Assembly (NCBI RefSeq): GCF_052425735.1
Contig: NC_135758.1
Coordinates: 28,768,001 to 28,832,000, forward strand
DNA from: Oculina patagonica
Lineage: Eukaryota
Direction: 5' to 3'
DNA length: 64,000 nt
The notes under the pieces: model-generated
Told to the model about the DNA's origin: nothing
Database searches by the model: none
What the model saw: the letters and a program-made list of their open reading frames with translations, nothing else
Made by a program: the position numbers and the translations under genes
Shown here: positions 1-12,534 of the stretch, piece by piece
How positions within the stretch are numbered: position 1 is the first letter of the stretch
Layout: each line of letters opens with the position of its first letter

Positions 1-998
1 GACCGGTCCCTTATAGGAACTAAAATTTGAAATAAAAATTGGGGGTGCCTATGCTCGTTTAGGATCAACAGCACCTTGTTTATTCCCAATAAATCCTTAT
101 AGTCACGATTGCTGGCTAAATTCACGTTTCTGACGATTATTTCCTATTCTTCACTTGGAACTGGTCCATATTTATTCCACAAAAAGAAAGTTACTGCCCA
201 GTCTGTAACAGCAGAAAAAAATGATTGGTCACCGTACTCGTTTTCGAGAAAATGACGATTTACCTCTCTGGCGAGGTCCAGCCATAAAAGATATACACAA
301 TATTTACTTGCAAATAAAATTTTATATGACAATTAAACTGCCTTTTTTCCCCATAATACAGTGAGGGGATGGAAGCTTGGGATTGATGTTGAAAATTGAT
401 GGCAGATAATGGTTGTCAAGTTTTTGATCTCAGTGACACACAAGTTTTTAAACTTCCCCTTCCTATGCAATGTGCAAATGATTGCCATTTCCTTAACTGG
501 CAAAACACGTTTCTAGGGATTTTCTTGTGAAAATGCTTGTAATGGGTTACTTGCACTCACAGTGCGACAACTCCAACCAAGGCTATCTGACAAAATCTGT
601 GTGGAATAAGGAATGTGAACCTTGTATGTTAATTTCCTACAAAATGTGGATCTACCCCAGCTACATGCTACAGAAGCAATAAATTTGTGACCATTTTATT
701 AGTTTTAACATGCAAACACTATCAGTCAATTTGTAAAGATTTTGCTTGGGAGGCCTTGGTTGAAGTAGTTATATTGTAATGTACCAGCTATGTGTCAAAT
801 TCCACATAGCCATTTTAAAGAACAGAGAAAAGCAAATATAAAGGAGCATAGAAACACCAATTAACATGGATGCTATTTTTTTTTTAATTCTACTCCATAT
901 TTAATATGAGGTTTTCTTAAAAGTTGTCACCAACTTAAAAAAGTTGAAAACTTACTGCATCTGTCTACAGTAAAACAACTTTTCTCTTAGTTTCAAGG

Positions 999-2360
999 TC
1001 ATTCCTTTACTCTGAACAAAAGCTCTGCACACAAACTTTCGGAAAGGCCTCCATAGGTGGGGTCACGATAAAACTCCTTATGTTCAAAGTCAAATCTTAC
1101 TCCAGAAACAAAAGCATAATCAATATCATTTCCAAGATGACGGCCAGGGCCACTTACATATGCTTCATAGAGGTAAAGAACATTTCTCTCAACAGCAAGT
1201 GGCTCATCAAAAATAACATCAAAGCCATAATAAAATCCACTGTTGCACTTCCTTTCCTTAGAGATAAAATTCCCATTTTTAGATGCAAGAACTACATGAT
1301 CACCATCATCATCATAATTAAAAAGAAAAAAATCCAATTTGACTGTAAATTCACCACCATTATTACCCAAAAGAGAAACACCGTGCAATATTATGTCCTT
1401 GTCAACTTTGAGGCAAAACCAGTCATAATCGTCAGGATCATTTTTGAGGTATCTGTCATGAAGAAAACTCTTGAATCTACAACATCGTAACAGGGAACCC
1501 ATTCTGTGAACATTAGTAAAACCAACTGGTGAAGTCACAGTAGAGCTGAAATATTCCATGATGTCACTTGTTTCCTGGTGTAGTAAAATTTTGCTTTCGA
1601 GCAGAGCATCCACAAACTCTTTCTCCTTCATGATTGGAAAACGAATATTTTTCACAATCTGTTCTCCAAGGACTTGTCTTTTGACAGATCCGTCCATTTT
1701 AAGTTGTTGCCTCTTGCATTCTTCTTTTGCCCAGCAATCTACAGCCTTGAACAACTCCACTTCTCTGATGTTTAGCGTAGCTCTTTCCACTAACTGGTTT
1801 AGAAAAGATCTCTCCATGCTCAGAAATTCATTTGATTTCAAGGCCTCTTCAGTGTCCTTGTCGATCAAATCCCAGCAACAACACAAAAGAATTTTATTTT
1901 CAAACTGTTGAGCGTGTTGTAAGACACAAAACACGTTTGATAAATCAAGATTCTTTCCTAAGTACTCAATACATTCATCGGTTAAGCAAGGAATCATGTA
2001 TTTCTCGGCCAGATACAACACTTGCATCACGTTATTTCCGTTCAAGCAAACTTCATCAGTGTAGATGTAACGCAACAACTCCAACATACCTTCGTATTCA
2101 CAGTCAGGGAGATCAATATGTTCTTTGGTTTCAGCCATTTCACCGCAAAACATTGCAAAAAACACAGGACTGCAAATCGACAACAAGAACTTGTGAGCTG
2201 GAATGGCAATCTTGCTTCTCTTGCTGTCACACTCTTCATGTTTTTGGGACGCTTGCACGACAAATTTGACGTCACTTAGGATCTCGTTGTTAAACAGAGA
2301 CTTGCATCTTTCTTTGTGATCCATTGACCAGGTCTTCGAAAGTGCTTTCAGCGTAGACAT
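999..2360 (-). CDS. BTB/POZ-BACK-PHR protein (BTBD1/2/3/6-like), single exon, intact
   Basis: 453-aa ORF. BTB motifs SDVKFVV, IPAHKFLLSICSPVFFAMF, LRYIYTD, LAEKY; BACK motifs EVELFKAVDCW, IRFPIM; C-terminal PHR-like beta domain (VDKDIILHGVSLLG, FDVIFDEP). Confidence 0.93.
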   Translation of the reverse strand: MSTLKALSKTWSMDHKERCKSLFNNEILSDVKFVVQASQKHEECDSKRSKIAIPAHKFLLSICSPVFFAMFCGEMAETKEHIDLPDCEYEGMLELLRYIYTDEVCLNGNNVMQVLYLAEKYMIPCLTDECIEYLGKNLDLSNVFCVLQHAQQFENKILLCCCWDLIDKDTEEALKSNEFLSMERSFLNQLVERATLNIREVELFKAVDCWAKEECKRQQLKMDGSVKRQVLGEQIVKNIRFPIMKEKEFVDALLESKILLHQETSDIMEYFSSTVTSPVGFTNVHRMGSLLRCCRFKSFLHDRYLKNDPDDYDWFCLKVDKDIILHGVSLLGNNGGEFTVKLDFFLFNYDDDGDHVVLASKNGNFISKERKCNSGFYYGFDVIFDEPLAVERNVLYLYEAYVSGPGRHLGNDIDYAFVSGVRFDFEHKEFYRDPTYGGLSESLCAELLFRVKE

Positions 2361-2753
2361 GACTTATTTTCCTTCCAAAAGGTATATCTGATTCGGCCCT
2401 CGCGACTACAGTTTTCTGTTGGCGGACTCGTTTTTGTACAGCGGGTGGCTTCGTAAAAAGAGATTGCGTTGTATATGCCACACAGACATTCATTGTCCTG
2501 ACTGAAGGAACTGGCAACTGAGATCGATCAGCTGAGGGTATTATTCTTTCCGGCCTTTTTGTTGAGAAGGATAAGGGAAAAGAATTCTCACCTTAGTGCT
2601 AAAAGTTTACAATTTTGAACTGCGGTTAACGGAGTAAATTAAATGTTCGTGTATGTTACTCTCAATAACAAAACCTTTCACAATGACCGCTGATAGGATC
2701 CCCCCCCCCCCCTCATAGGAAACCGGGATAGGAAACGAGCTCCCTTTTCGAGC
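2361..2753. promoter_or_regulatory. Putative bidirectional promoter between head-to-head BTB genes
   Basis: About 390 bp between divergent starts. Homologous to 42368-42763 and 63582-63975. Contains TGTACAGCGGGTGGCT (2435-2450), conserved upstream of all minus-strand paralogs. Confidence 0.5.
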
Positions 2754-2927
2754 ATGTTCAGAATTCCGTTGCTTACAAAGAACTGGCAAAATGCTTATAA
2801 AGAAAGATGTATTAGTTTATGTTTAACAGCAACACCCCAAGTGACGTAAAGTTTGTTGTTCAAGTGTCGCGAAAATATGGAGCCGGCCGGTGACAGCAAG
2901 AGACGCAAGATGGAAGTCCTGGGCATA
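2754..2927 (+). pseudogene. 5' remnant of a + strand BTB gene
   Basis: acaaagaactggcaaaatgcttataaagaaagatgt...agtgacgtaaagtttgttgttcaag...gacagcaagagacgcaagatggaa matches the first ~50 codons of 21875 and 42764. Frameshifted after the ERC codons, then truncated at a SINE. Confidence 0.85.
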
Positions 2928-3227
2928 AGGTAAAGGTAAAGTCTGTCTCCGAGCCATGAGGCCCATACAGCCGAAGCTTATCCCGGTTTCCGTAGCATTA
3001 AGCGACTAGGAGTATTGCTACTCCTCCCTGGATGGGATGCTAGTCCATCGGAGGGTTACCCCCCAGCAGTAAATTCGCCGGTACCCATTTATACCCCTGG
3101 GTGGAGAGAGGCACTGTGAGAGTAAAGTGTCTTGCCCAAGAACACAACGCAGCGCCCCGGCCAGGCCTCGAACCCGGGCCGTTCGACTCGGAGTCGAGCG
3201 CGCTAACCATTAGGCCACCGCGCCTCC
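2928..3227 (-). mobile_element. tRNA-derived SINE with CORE-like central domain
   Basis: Minus strand begins GGAGGCGCGGTGGCCTAATGG (A box) then GGTTCGAGGCC (B box). CORE-like ttgggcaagacactttactctc; (TTTACC)n tail. Perfect 17-bp TSD TGGAAGTCCTGGGCATA at 2911-2927 and 3228-3244. Confidence 0.92.
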
Positions 3228-3352
3228 TGGAAGTCCTGGGCATAGGAAGCACGATTTAGCGCGATTCCAGCGAGTTTTAGTTCCATTGCTTCACTCTTCA
3301 TATATCGTTATCGGATCGTTATAAAGGTATTGTACTATCTACTATCATTGAA

Positions 3353-3719
3353 GGCCATGTTACACAAGGCAATTTTTCTTGCCACTTGCAAGGCAAAAAG
3401 TTGCATTGCCAGTTGCCAAAAACATTTCACGTGTAACGCCCTTTTTTGCAAAAGGTTGCGTTGTAAGTTGCAAGAAAAGTAAAAATATCCTTTATTTTTC
3501 GCAACGTTGTGAGGCAATTTGCTGCATGTGACTTGTCAGTCGCAACTTGCATTTTTTAAAACGAACCAATCAGAGATTTCAAGATGCTAATTTCAAGCGG
3601 ATGGAATGCAAGTTTTCAACAAAAATTGCGAATTTGTGATATCCCTTTGAAGCTTGCAATGTTTTTATTCGCCATAGTTGCGTTGCAATGCAAGGAAGAT
3701 AGCCTCGTGTAACATGTCC
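3353..3719. mobile_element. MITE, PIF/Harbinger-like
   Basis: Imperfect ~30-bp TIRs: ggccatgttacacaaggcaatttttcttgc and gcaaggaagatagcctcgtgtaacatgtcc. Internal ttgcaa motifs. Confidence 0.7.
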
Positions 3720-4044
3720 TTTAATGATAATACAATATCTAGTCTGTTCCAGGGGTTTAGTTATCATCATCATCGAATTTCATTATCATCATTATTTTTA
3801 GGTCTTACACCGCACGCAAACGTTCGCGCTATATACCCTAACTTCTGGTTTCCCACTCACTTCGAAATGACTCCAACTGAATTAAACTGAGACGTCATGA
3901 TGCAAAATTTGCGAGAAAAATCGAAACATGCATGATTGACATGTTATAATAATTTGTGATAGGAAACGAAATCAGACAAATGAGAAATTTAGAGCTTTGA
4001 ATCACAAACTGCAGCAGATTTCCAATACTATTTCTGTTAATGTA

Positions 4045-4235
4045 CAGTCAACTCTCTCTAAGACGGACACCGTCGGGACCGGCTCCAACTGTCCGTTTTA
4101 GAGAGGTGTCCGTCTTATAGGGAGTTTAGTTACAATAAAAATGACTGAAAAACGGTAGGTACGGGACCAACACATGGTGTCCGTCTTACAGAGGTGTCCG
4201 TCTTATAGAGGTGTCCGTTAAGAGAGAGTTGACTG
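4045..4235. mobile_element. MITE, Tc1/mariner-type
   Basis: TIRs cagtcaactctctctaagacggacac and gtgtccgttaagagagagttgactg; TA TSD at 4043-4044 and 4236-4237; internal gaggtgtccgtctta repeats. Confidence 0.88.
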
Positions 4236-4419
4236 TAATTCGTTTTGGACGTAATGGTGAGATTTTTCGGCCTATTTTCTATTTGTTTCTCTAGGCTTGT
4301 TGCTCGAATTCCAAGCATTTGTCCCGAAAAATGGTTGAAAATTACGTCTTTGGGCGGGGGGTTACCGCCAACTCGGACCCCTGCCTCATACGCCATTGAT
4401 TCTAAATACACAGTAATTT

Positions 4420-4630
4420 TCAAAGAGTTATTTTAACTCCAAAAGTGGAGTTAAAATTTTAGGTTAAATTTATCCCCTTTTTGGAGGTTATTTTAACTCC
4501 TTAATTTAACTCCAATTTTGGGGTTATAATAACTCCAGTGGGGGAGTCACTTTAACTCTACAAAAAGAGTTATTTAAACTCCATTCCGGAGTTACTGTAA
4601 CTCCAAAAGTGGAGTAAAAAATTTTAGGTT
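4420..4630. repeat. Degenerate short repeat cluster (ttaactcc/ggagtta), probable MITE remnant
   Basis: Multiple direct and inverted copies of gagttattttaactcc and aactccaaaagtggag. Confidence 0.5.
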
Positions 4631-5451
4631 ACAAATGACTCCTCCATTTTTTTATTGCGTCAAACCCAATTGTAACATCTTTTTACATGGTGTAGCACTG
4701 CGCAGCAGCCCCCAAGCAAAGAGTTCATGGGTGCACACAGGCCGTAGGCCGTAGAAACCATTTCATTACCGAACATTTCGTTACATGAAATGGACAGGCA
4801 AGTTCAGTACAGAGCCATATGCATTATCAGTCCAAGCCTTAAGTAAACCCAGTGACAGGTCTTCAAGGAAATGTGTACTCGAAATAGCATTTTGGATTCC
4901 CTCTATGTTGTGCAGTGCCCCCTCTGCCTCCCCCTCCCCCCAGGGAGCAGTGTAAAGTTATTTTATCTGAACACGCAGTGATCCGTGGTAACTTAGTTGT
5001 AACAAATGTCTTTGGCCACTGAGAACGTGCATTTTCTATCATTAGGGAGCTCGGTCAAAATATATTATTAATATTTTCACCTCTGAGCAAGTGGATATAA
5101 CGTTTCACGACGTTTACTAGACTATCATCATTTTTTTAATTTTTTTCTTGATATGATTGGCTGCGAAATCAATGCGTTACCTATCCACTTCCTGCATGTT
5201 TGAGACCTGGCTCCGTTCTGTATGTAAATTTATAATGTTTGATTTTACCCTTGCGTTTCGCATAATAGCAGTCGTGACAATTAAAAGCCTTAATTTTCTA
5301 TAATTAGATAAGGCCTGTACCAAAGAACTTCATGGAACTGAAAAAACTTTATCCGATTGGCCACCGGCTTCGCAGCTGCCGAAGGAAACCTGTTCTTATC
5401 CTTTACTCAGCGACCACACCGTAACTGTAACTGTAAGACTTACAAATCTTC

Positions 5452-5457
5452 TTTATT
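5452..5457 (-). promoter_or_regulatory. Candidate polyadenylation signal (AATAAA) of minus-strand BTB genes
   Basis: The tttattgtaaaat context is conserved in paralogous 3' flanks at 5452, 33732 and 60822. Confidence 0.4.
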
Positions 5458-5904
5458 GTAAAATAAACTTCTTTCTAACATACATTACACTAACTGAAAC
5501 TCAAACAAGCAAGTGTAATCTGAGGAAATGATCAAAGTACAACAGGTTTAGTTTTAGTGATATAATACCATTGGTAGCAAAAGACTCTGCTGCCATTGAT
5601 CTGTTTCTAACGCAACTTTACATGTACAATAATTAGACTAATGGTTAATAGCAAAGAATAACATTTCTACTTCTCTATTTTGGTCCCAGACATATAAAAA
5701 CTTACAGTTCAATATGATTGACCTATTGCATTTTGAGGCTTTAGTTGCCATCAAGTGGGAGGGGGATGGGTGGTTCTCTATGAAGCTTTATACAGTGAGG
5801 CTCTGCCTGCGGGTTCGATTACGCCTTGCCCATTCACATACCAACTTTTACTGCAGTGGTACGCTTGTCACATACATAAAATGAAAATAATGTAACCCTT
5901 ACTT

Positions 5905-5995
5905 TAGCCTGCCAATGCAGACATATTTCCAGCTGTCGCTTCTCACTGCCATTGGATTGAAGCGACGCCGCAAATATGCCTGCGTTTGCATGCTA
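5905..5995. mobile_element. Short palindromic MITE
   Basis: tagcctgccaatgcagacatattt...aaatatgcctgcgtttgcatgcta. Absent from the paralogous flank near 34150. Degenerate 9-bp TSD. Confidence 0.55.
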
Positions 5996-6561
5996 CCTAT
6001 TCTTACCTAGCTCAAAGATATAGATATGCGATGAATTTTTATACAGGGGAGCTCTGCCTGGAGGTTCAATCGGGCCTTACTGTAACCTTTTTGTATACAC
6101 CTGATTGAAGAAACGTTGATCGATGAAAAACATAAACCAAAAATGATGCAACTCAAATGTTTACTTTGAAATCAGAAAAAACAATTGTCATCTGTGCCAG
6201 AATGAACATTATAATAAGACAGGTTTCATAAATCATACTCTAAAGGCTCTCAAAGAAAGATAATATCTTGATTATAAATAAATGGAATACTACTAGCCTA
6301 CCAATACTCTCTACCCTAAATCCCATTCAGTCTTATCATTTATGGTTTATGCTTTTCAGTGTCAAGGATTCTTCGATTTGGTGTATAGCTCAAAGACATG
6401 GATATGCAAGAGGCAGGAAGACTATACCCAATGTTATAGGTACAGCTGGACAATTCACACAGATCTTTGCATTGTTATTTCTGGTAGTAAATGTTATACA
6501 GTTTTTGCAATCCTTTCAAACACCAGATTTAGTTGCTACCTTTGCATTCTGCAAGGGTTAA

Positions 6562-8006
6562 GGGGGTCCTTCTTAACTACGTATCTAGAGCAGTTGCTAA
6601 GGAATTGCTAAAGATGGTTTTTCAGTTTGGTGGCAAGCCATTTTGGAGCATTTGGTAATGCTTAAATTTTTTGATGGGGGAACACTTACATTTAAAGCAT
6701 TAGAGATAATATGGCCTTCTTTATAATCCGACGTTTACCATTTACATGTAAAAATGGGACGCTTCGAAAGAAAGTCTGAAAATGTGTGTCTATTGGGTTA
6801 TAACTTTTATAACAATGAGAATTTCATGAAGACCATACAAAACATTAAGCATGTACGGTAAATGTTCTTTATCTGTTGGTACTGATTTTAATTTTTCGAT
6901 CTATATGCCCTTTCAGTTTTCGGGTTTCTTCTATTCCGGTCACATGAATTGTCAAATATGGCCGCGATTTTAAATTTTTGAAGGACTCTTCAATGGAACA
7001 AAGTTGTGCAAAAACCTTATCCATGCGAGGTTTGGTTTCTAAATCAAAGAGCTCTTCGAGCCACGACTGAATTTTTTTCACCAAGTTTAACGTTTGGTTT
7101 TTATACCTTGAATATATATGAGCAGCAGGTGATTCAAACATTTCTTTGATGCAATTAATAAAGCACAAATGAGGAAACCTGCTTGACCTTTAGATAATAA
7201 GCAGTTTAGCAGACTCCACAATGTCTATTACTTTAATATAGGATGTATTCGTCTCGTTCGACTGAGTCCGTCAGATTAATATAAACTCAATTGAGAAGGT
7301 GTCAGGATGTGGTGCGAGATGTCGCGAGTTCAAAACCAAGAGGGGTTTAGGTTTTTTTCATTTTTTTTTTCTTTTTTACCCAACAGCACTAAAATGGTTT
7401 GTTTATTATATCGCTCCATTGGTACATGTATGCATTGCAGAATAAAGGCATTTATATGTAAGCCGTAAAGTAATAACACTGTAAATAAATATATCAGAAC
7501 ATATAGACTGATTCAGGTAAAATTGTACTTGTGCTGTTTGATACATCTGAAAAGCTTTTCATTTTCTTGCGAACATTTTAGCCAGTGTTCTGGTTTCTAG
7601 ATAGATCCATCATTGATGAAGCTTATGTGAAACCTGATTTAGTTTTCGAATGCTCCTTCTACAGATGGACACGAAAGTCACTGATCAATTAACAGCTCTC
7701 AATGTCCACTTTTTTGGCAGTCAATTACTTTCTACATGTAATTGTCAGCCACATTTTGTTTCTTTGCTTCTTGTTTTTCTTGTTAAACCCCTTTAAATTT
7801 AAAAGACCGCCTTTATACGGCTGTCTTGCTTCACTTTTTCTACTATTATAATCTGCTGGTCAGCGGAGTTGCAAAGAAAAGTTTACAGATGATGGACCAT
7901 GTGAGTGACCAGGCTGGCCACTATACTTCCTGAATAAAAAATTCAGTTGTAAAAAATGGTTAGAAACCTTCCTTAGCAGCAAATTGGTAGTTAAGAAGGA
8001 CCCCCC
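6562..8006. mobile_element. Non-autonomous Kolobok-like DNA transposon
   Basis: TIRs gggggtccttcttaactac and gtagttaagaaggacccccc; TTAA TSD at 6558-6561 and 8007-8010. Empty site visible in the paralog at ~34305-34340 (gcaagggttaaaaatgc). Confidence 0.85.
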
Positions 8007-8090
8007 TTAAAAAGGCATGTGCATAGCCAACATATAAGGTACCCTCTAGTCTACAGTGAAACTACACAGTATCAATCATTACTTTCATGG

Positions 8091-9420
8091 TCATTCTTCT
8101 AATCTGAATAATAGCTCTACACACCTACTTGGAGGAACATCAATGTGGTTGAAGACAAATTTTACTCCTGAAATGTCAACTGTATCAAGAGCCTCATTTC
8201 CAGGATAATAGCCAGGACCATCTACTGATACATTAATTGCGACACTTATGTCTGTCGTTAGAGCAAATGGTTCATCAAGTATAACATCAAAACCATAATA
8301 AAATCCAGCGCTACACTCTTTCCTCCTAGATGTAAATGTCCCACTTTGGCATACATCCCCGCAACCATCTTCATCACCATCAACTACTGTTAATTCAACT
8401 TTAAATATGCCACCTTCATCACCTAACAGAGAGACACCATGGAATATTATGTCCTTGTCAACTGTGACGTCAAGCCAGTCATCGTCTTCAGAATAATTTT
8501 TGTAGATGGGGTCATGAAAAAAACTGTTGAATCTACAGCATCGCAAAAGAGGACCCAACCTTTGAACAACCGGGAATCCAACTGCTGATGTCTCCTGGCA
8601 ACGAAAATATTCCATGATATTACTTGCTTCCTCTTTTGCTAATATTTGGCTTGAAAAAACAACATCTATGAATTCGTTTTGCTTCATAATCGGAAAACGA
8701 ATATTTTTCACAATCTGTTCTCCAAGGACTTGTCTTTTGACAGAGCCGTTCGCTTTAAGTTGTTGCCTTTTGCATTCTTCTTTTGCCCAGCAATCTACAG
8801 CTTTGAACAACTCCACTTCTCTGATGTTCAGTGTATTTCTTTCCACTAACTGGTTTACAAAAGATCTCTCCACGTTCAGAAATTCATTTGATTTTAAAGC
8901 CTCCTCTGTCTCGTTGTCGATCAAATCCCAGCAACAACTCAAAATATTTTTATTTTCAAACCGTTGAGCGTGTTGTAAGACACAAAACACGTTTGATAAA
9001 TCCAGATTCTTTCCTAAATAATTAGCACATTCGTTCGTCAGACTAGAAATCATGTATATATTTCTCGCCCAGATACAACACTTGCATCACGTTATTTCCG
9101 TTCAAGTAAACTTCATCAGTGTAGATGTAACGCAAAAACTCCAACATACCTTCGTATTCACAGTCAGAGAGATCAATATGTTCTTTGGTTTCGGCCATTT
9201 CACCGCAAAACATTGCAAAAAACACAGGACTGCAAATCGACAACAAGAACTTGTGAGCTGGAATGGCAATCTTGCTTCTCTTGTTGTCACGCTCTCCATA
9301 TTTTCGGGACGTTTGCACAACAAATTTGACGTCACTTAGGATCTCGTTGTTAAACAAAGACTTGCATCTTTCTTTGTGATCCATTGGCCAGTTTTTCGCA
9401 AGTGCTTTGGGTGAAGACAT
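8091..9420 (-). pseudogene. BTB-BACK-PHR gene with a single frameshift
   Basis: ORFs 9043-9420 and 8091-9053 join into a full-length paralog. Extra TATA at 9055-9060 (catgtatatatttctc versus catgtatttctc in paralogs). Confidence 0.88.
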
Positions 9421-10110
9421 GACTTATTTTCTTCGAGTAATTCCCAAAAGGTAAAAAATACACCTATAATATTGTCAGGTTAGCCTGCGGTATTTTTTCT
9501 TTTATGTACAGCGGGTGGCTTTGTGAAAAGAGGTTGCGTTGTATAAGCTACAGAACAATTTCTCTTGCCTTGAGCTTCACTGAAGGAAAGCAACTGAGCG
9601 GACTGAGATAGTCTCTTTCCTACGTTTATGTTTGAAAGGATAAGTGATACGAAATCTTACTTCTAGCACCCATATAGTGAAAGATATTTTAAATTCTGTC
9701 AACTGAAACCCCCTGAAATTAACAGAGTTAATATTCGTTTACGTTACACATTGCTTAAACCTTTTCACAAACACCGCTGACATGAAACGAGTTGTTTGTT
9801 CTCGCAAACTTTTCCAGGCTTTCGGATTTTTCTTTTTGATTTTTTGCTTATAACAAGACGCTTAAAGCTTAAAGCTTAAAAACGGGCGGTTAATGTTTAA
9901 TTACTTGATAAGGCAAGTACAGCAAAAACTTTTAAAATACCATTTTATTAAGTAACACACGATTCTGTGGTTGTTTGTCCATGCTTGGACAAATTCCTGC
10001 TCAGTCGTTCAAATTTTTATTTTGTTCTGAATACTGAATAACCTCGGTATTTTTAGATTTTAGTTTTTATCTTTGTATAATGGCAGATTAGCTGAATAGC
10101 GCTATATAAA

Positions 10111-10146
10111 TATTATTATTAATTATTATTATTATTATTATTATTT
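10111..10146. repeat. (ATT)n microsatellite
   Basis: Directly visible. Confidence 0.9.
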
Positions 10147-11250
10147 TGCACTTAAAATTTTTGAACATAAAATTTTGAACTGCTTCTAAAAAGAGAATCA
10201 TGAAAAAAAGTCAAAGGTTGCGCGATACAATCAAGCATAGATTTTTATTCAACCCCCCACCTCCCCCTGTTTCCCCCTTTTCTTAGCCATTCACCTTCGA
10301 ATCTCCCCTTACACTCCCCTCCATTCCCCCATCCGCAGCAGGCTTTGACTCTACTCTCTCCCATCACACATTCTACTCCTCACACTTCTCCCCTGCCCTC
10401 CTCAGCACTTTGGTGGTGGCGCCAGCCGAGCAGCAGTTTGTGGGTGAGTAACTGTGACACACAAATCCGAGGTTTGCATAAGTTATTCAGTTTCCGTGAG
10501 TTGTAGTAGTGTGTCAAAATGTCCTTCATCACATTAGCTGCTTTTATCAACATGCCTGGATAAATGACTGATTAGGTTGAAAACGTTTGGTGTGTTCATA
10601 ATCTTGAATAAATGAACTCAAACCAGTTGAATGGCATTTACAAATGATCTCCGTGCAAAACAAACAAACAATTAGAAAGAATTCGTTAAAAACAAAGACG
10701 CGTTTAAGGTTTTTAAAAATTGTATTATACCAAAAAAACAACAACAACAAAAAAAAAAGAAATTAGAAAAAATTAGAAAGCTTTTAAGCTTTCAAACACG
10801 TGAGCTCTTTAAGTCAAGTTGATTTTTTGATCGAAAAGCCTGCCTATATATCTGCTGCATTTTAGGATGCAGTCACGCAAACGCCAGTTCTAACTTGCGT
10901 GATTCATTGCAGATAATTTCTCCATCGCCGATCGGTTCCGACTGAAACTCAGAACCCTTGAATGAAAAACAAAAAACAAAAACCTCTCGCTAAAAAGAGC
11001 GGAGTAACCAGAAAAATACAGTATTCGCTACTGGTTCAACAAAGCAAATCACCTAAATATCAAGAAAAAATTCTTCAAAACACAATTTCAAATAAAGATA
11101 ATAAAAAAAGGCTAGCATGCATTAGATCACGCGTTCATGCAGATAACACCACACGGTGTGTCTTAAATCTAATAGATGCTGTTCGTTTCAAAACCTTGAA
11201 AACGAATAAAACTATTCATTTAAATATCAACAATAACCAAAAATCTTTAA

Positions 11251-11592
11251 AGATGAATTCCAGTCCGTACTGCGCAATCTCGGCTGCAATGTTTATGTGA
11301 GCCCACTCGAAGGGAATGTTTACAAGCAATACTAAAAATTCCGCGACAAACGTACCTTTTTCTTCATTATTAACGCCAGATATCCTTGCAGAACAAATAA
11401 TAACGAGTAGAAGAACCTTGACGCTATTTCAAACCGACGTTTCAGCTCATCGGAGACTCTTGAACGAAACGAACCGTAATGGCGGACTAAAAAACGTCAT
11501 GTATGCTGTCACCGAAGTGTAACGTTTCAACGAATTCAAAACAAAAACGAAAACAAACCCCGAGTCTGCGCAGTACGGACTGGAAATCAGCT
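11251..11592. mobile_element. MITE with TTAA TSD (Kolobok-like)
   Basis: TIRs agatgaattccagtccgtactgcgca and tgcgcagtacggactggaaatcagct; TTAA at 11247-11250 and 11593-11596. Confidence 0.82.
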
Positions 11593-12249
11593 TTAAAACA
11601 AAATTACAAAAGAAAATAAAAAAGACTAATCAAAGATCTCTTCGAGATATCGACTTTTTTTGCATGAAGTTAGTATGAGCAGAAGGTTTATCCTGGGCAT
11701 TGTTGTTTGAACATATCATGGAAGAATTCAAACGTCTTTCAGTTCAAGCGTTTTTTTATTTTCGCAGAGTAAATGCTGTACTTGTCAGTCGCGACGGCTG
11801 GGTGCTTTGCGACTCATATACTTTGGCTTGGTTAAAAAAGGTAAACTTTGACGTTTGCCTTTAACATGTTTAATCGAAATAGTTGTTTCCTTTCGAGTTA
11901 GAAAGATTTCTACTCGGCTTAATGCAGAAAAATAACGCCTGATTGCAGGAAAGGTTACGCACGACAGAGTTACCTTTTGTCTCGTCACGCAATCTTAACC
12001 CCACATTGAGAGTTAAATTTTCGTTTGGATATTACCAAAAGCCGCTTCTCCTCGTTATTCTTTACCTTACGGCTACACATCCCATTTCTAACGACTACAT
12101 TTCCAGCAAAACAGTTGCTGTTTATTTTTCTAATGGCGATGTATTAACTTCTGAACGGAAGAAACGTTTAACGTTTACTGCTTCCACCGGAAGTAATTTC
12201 ACAACAGGCTACAAAACCGACACTTAAAAGAAGACCACCAGCTGCAAGT

Positions 12250-12454
12250 TGTCCGAAATCATAATTTATGCAAATTGTAATTATGCAAAAATCACGTGAT
12301 TAAAAAAGTACGGACCTCGTGAAGGAAAACCTTCGGTTCTTGAAGTTTTGTAAGCGGACGGGTCGATTAAGGATTTACATATTAAACAAGGACGAGTCTA
12401 GTGACTGTGAGCGTGTTTCTTTATTTGGTGTACTGGGAGTAACCTTTTCCCACA
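12250..12454 (+). repeat. 5' LTR
   Basis: tgtccgaaatc...ttttcccaca, identical to 17846-18050. Confidence 0.95.
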
Positions 12455-12461
12455 CCAAAAG

Positions 12462-12478
12462 TGGCGACCCTGCCAGGA
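12462..12478 (+). promoter_or_regulatory. Primer binding site, probably tRNA-Arg
   Basis: TGGCGACCCTGCCAGGA is complementary to a tRNA 3' end ...TCCTGGCAGGGTCGCCA, resembling animal tRNA-Arg(ACG). Confidence 0.7.
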
Positions 12479-12534
12479 CATAATCTGAACAAAACGATAA
12501 ACAAGTATCGAGCGTCCGAGTGGAAAACATAAAC

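Noticed and set aside
1080-2517. Recurrent overlapping or antisense ORFs in every BTB copy (MHHVISVQ..., MTSNL...)
   Set aside because: Shadows of the conserved BTB coding sequence; their recurrence is explained by paralogy.
3155-3227. tRNA gene on the minus strand
   Set aside because: It is the tRNA-derived head of a SINE, with body, tail and TSD.
6869-7168. 99-aa ORF inside the Kolobok-like element as a transposase
   Set aside because: No recognisable DDE, THAP or zinc motifs; too short.
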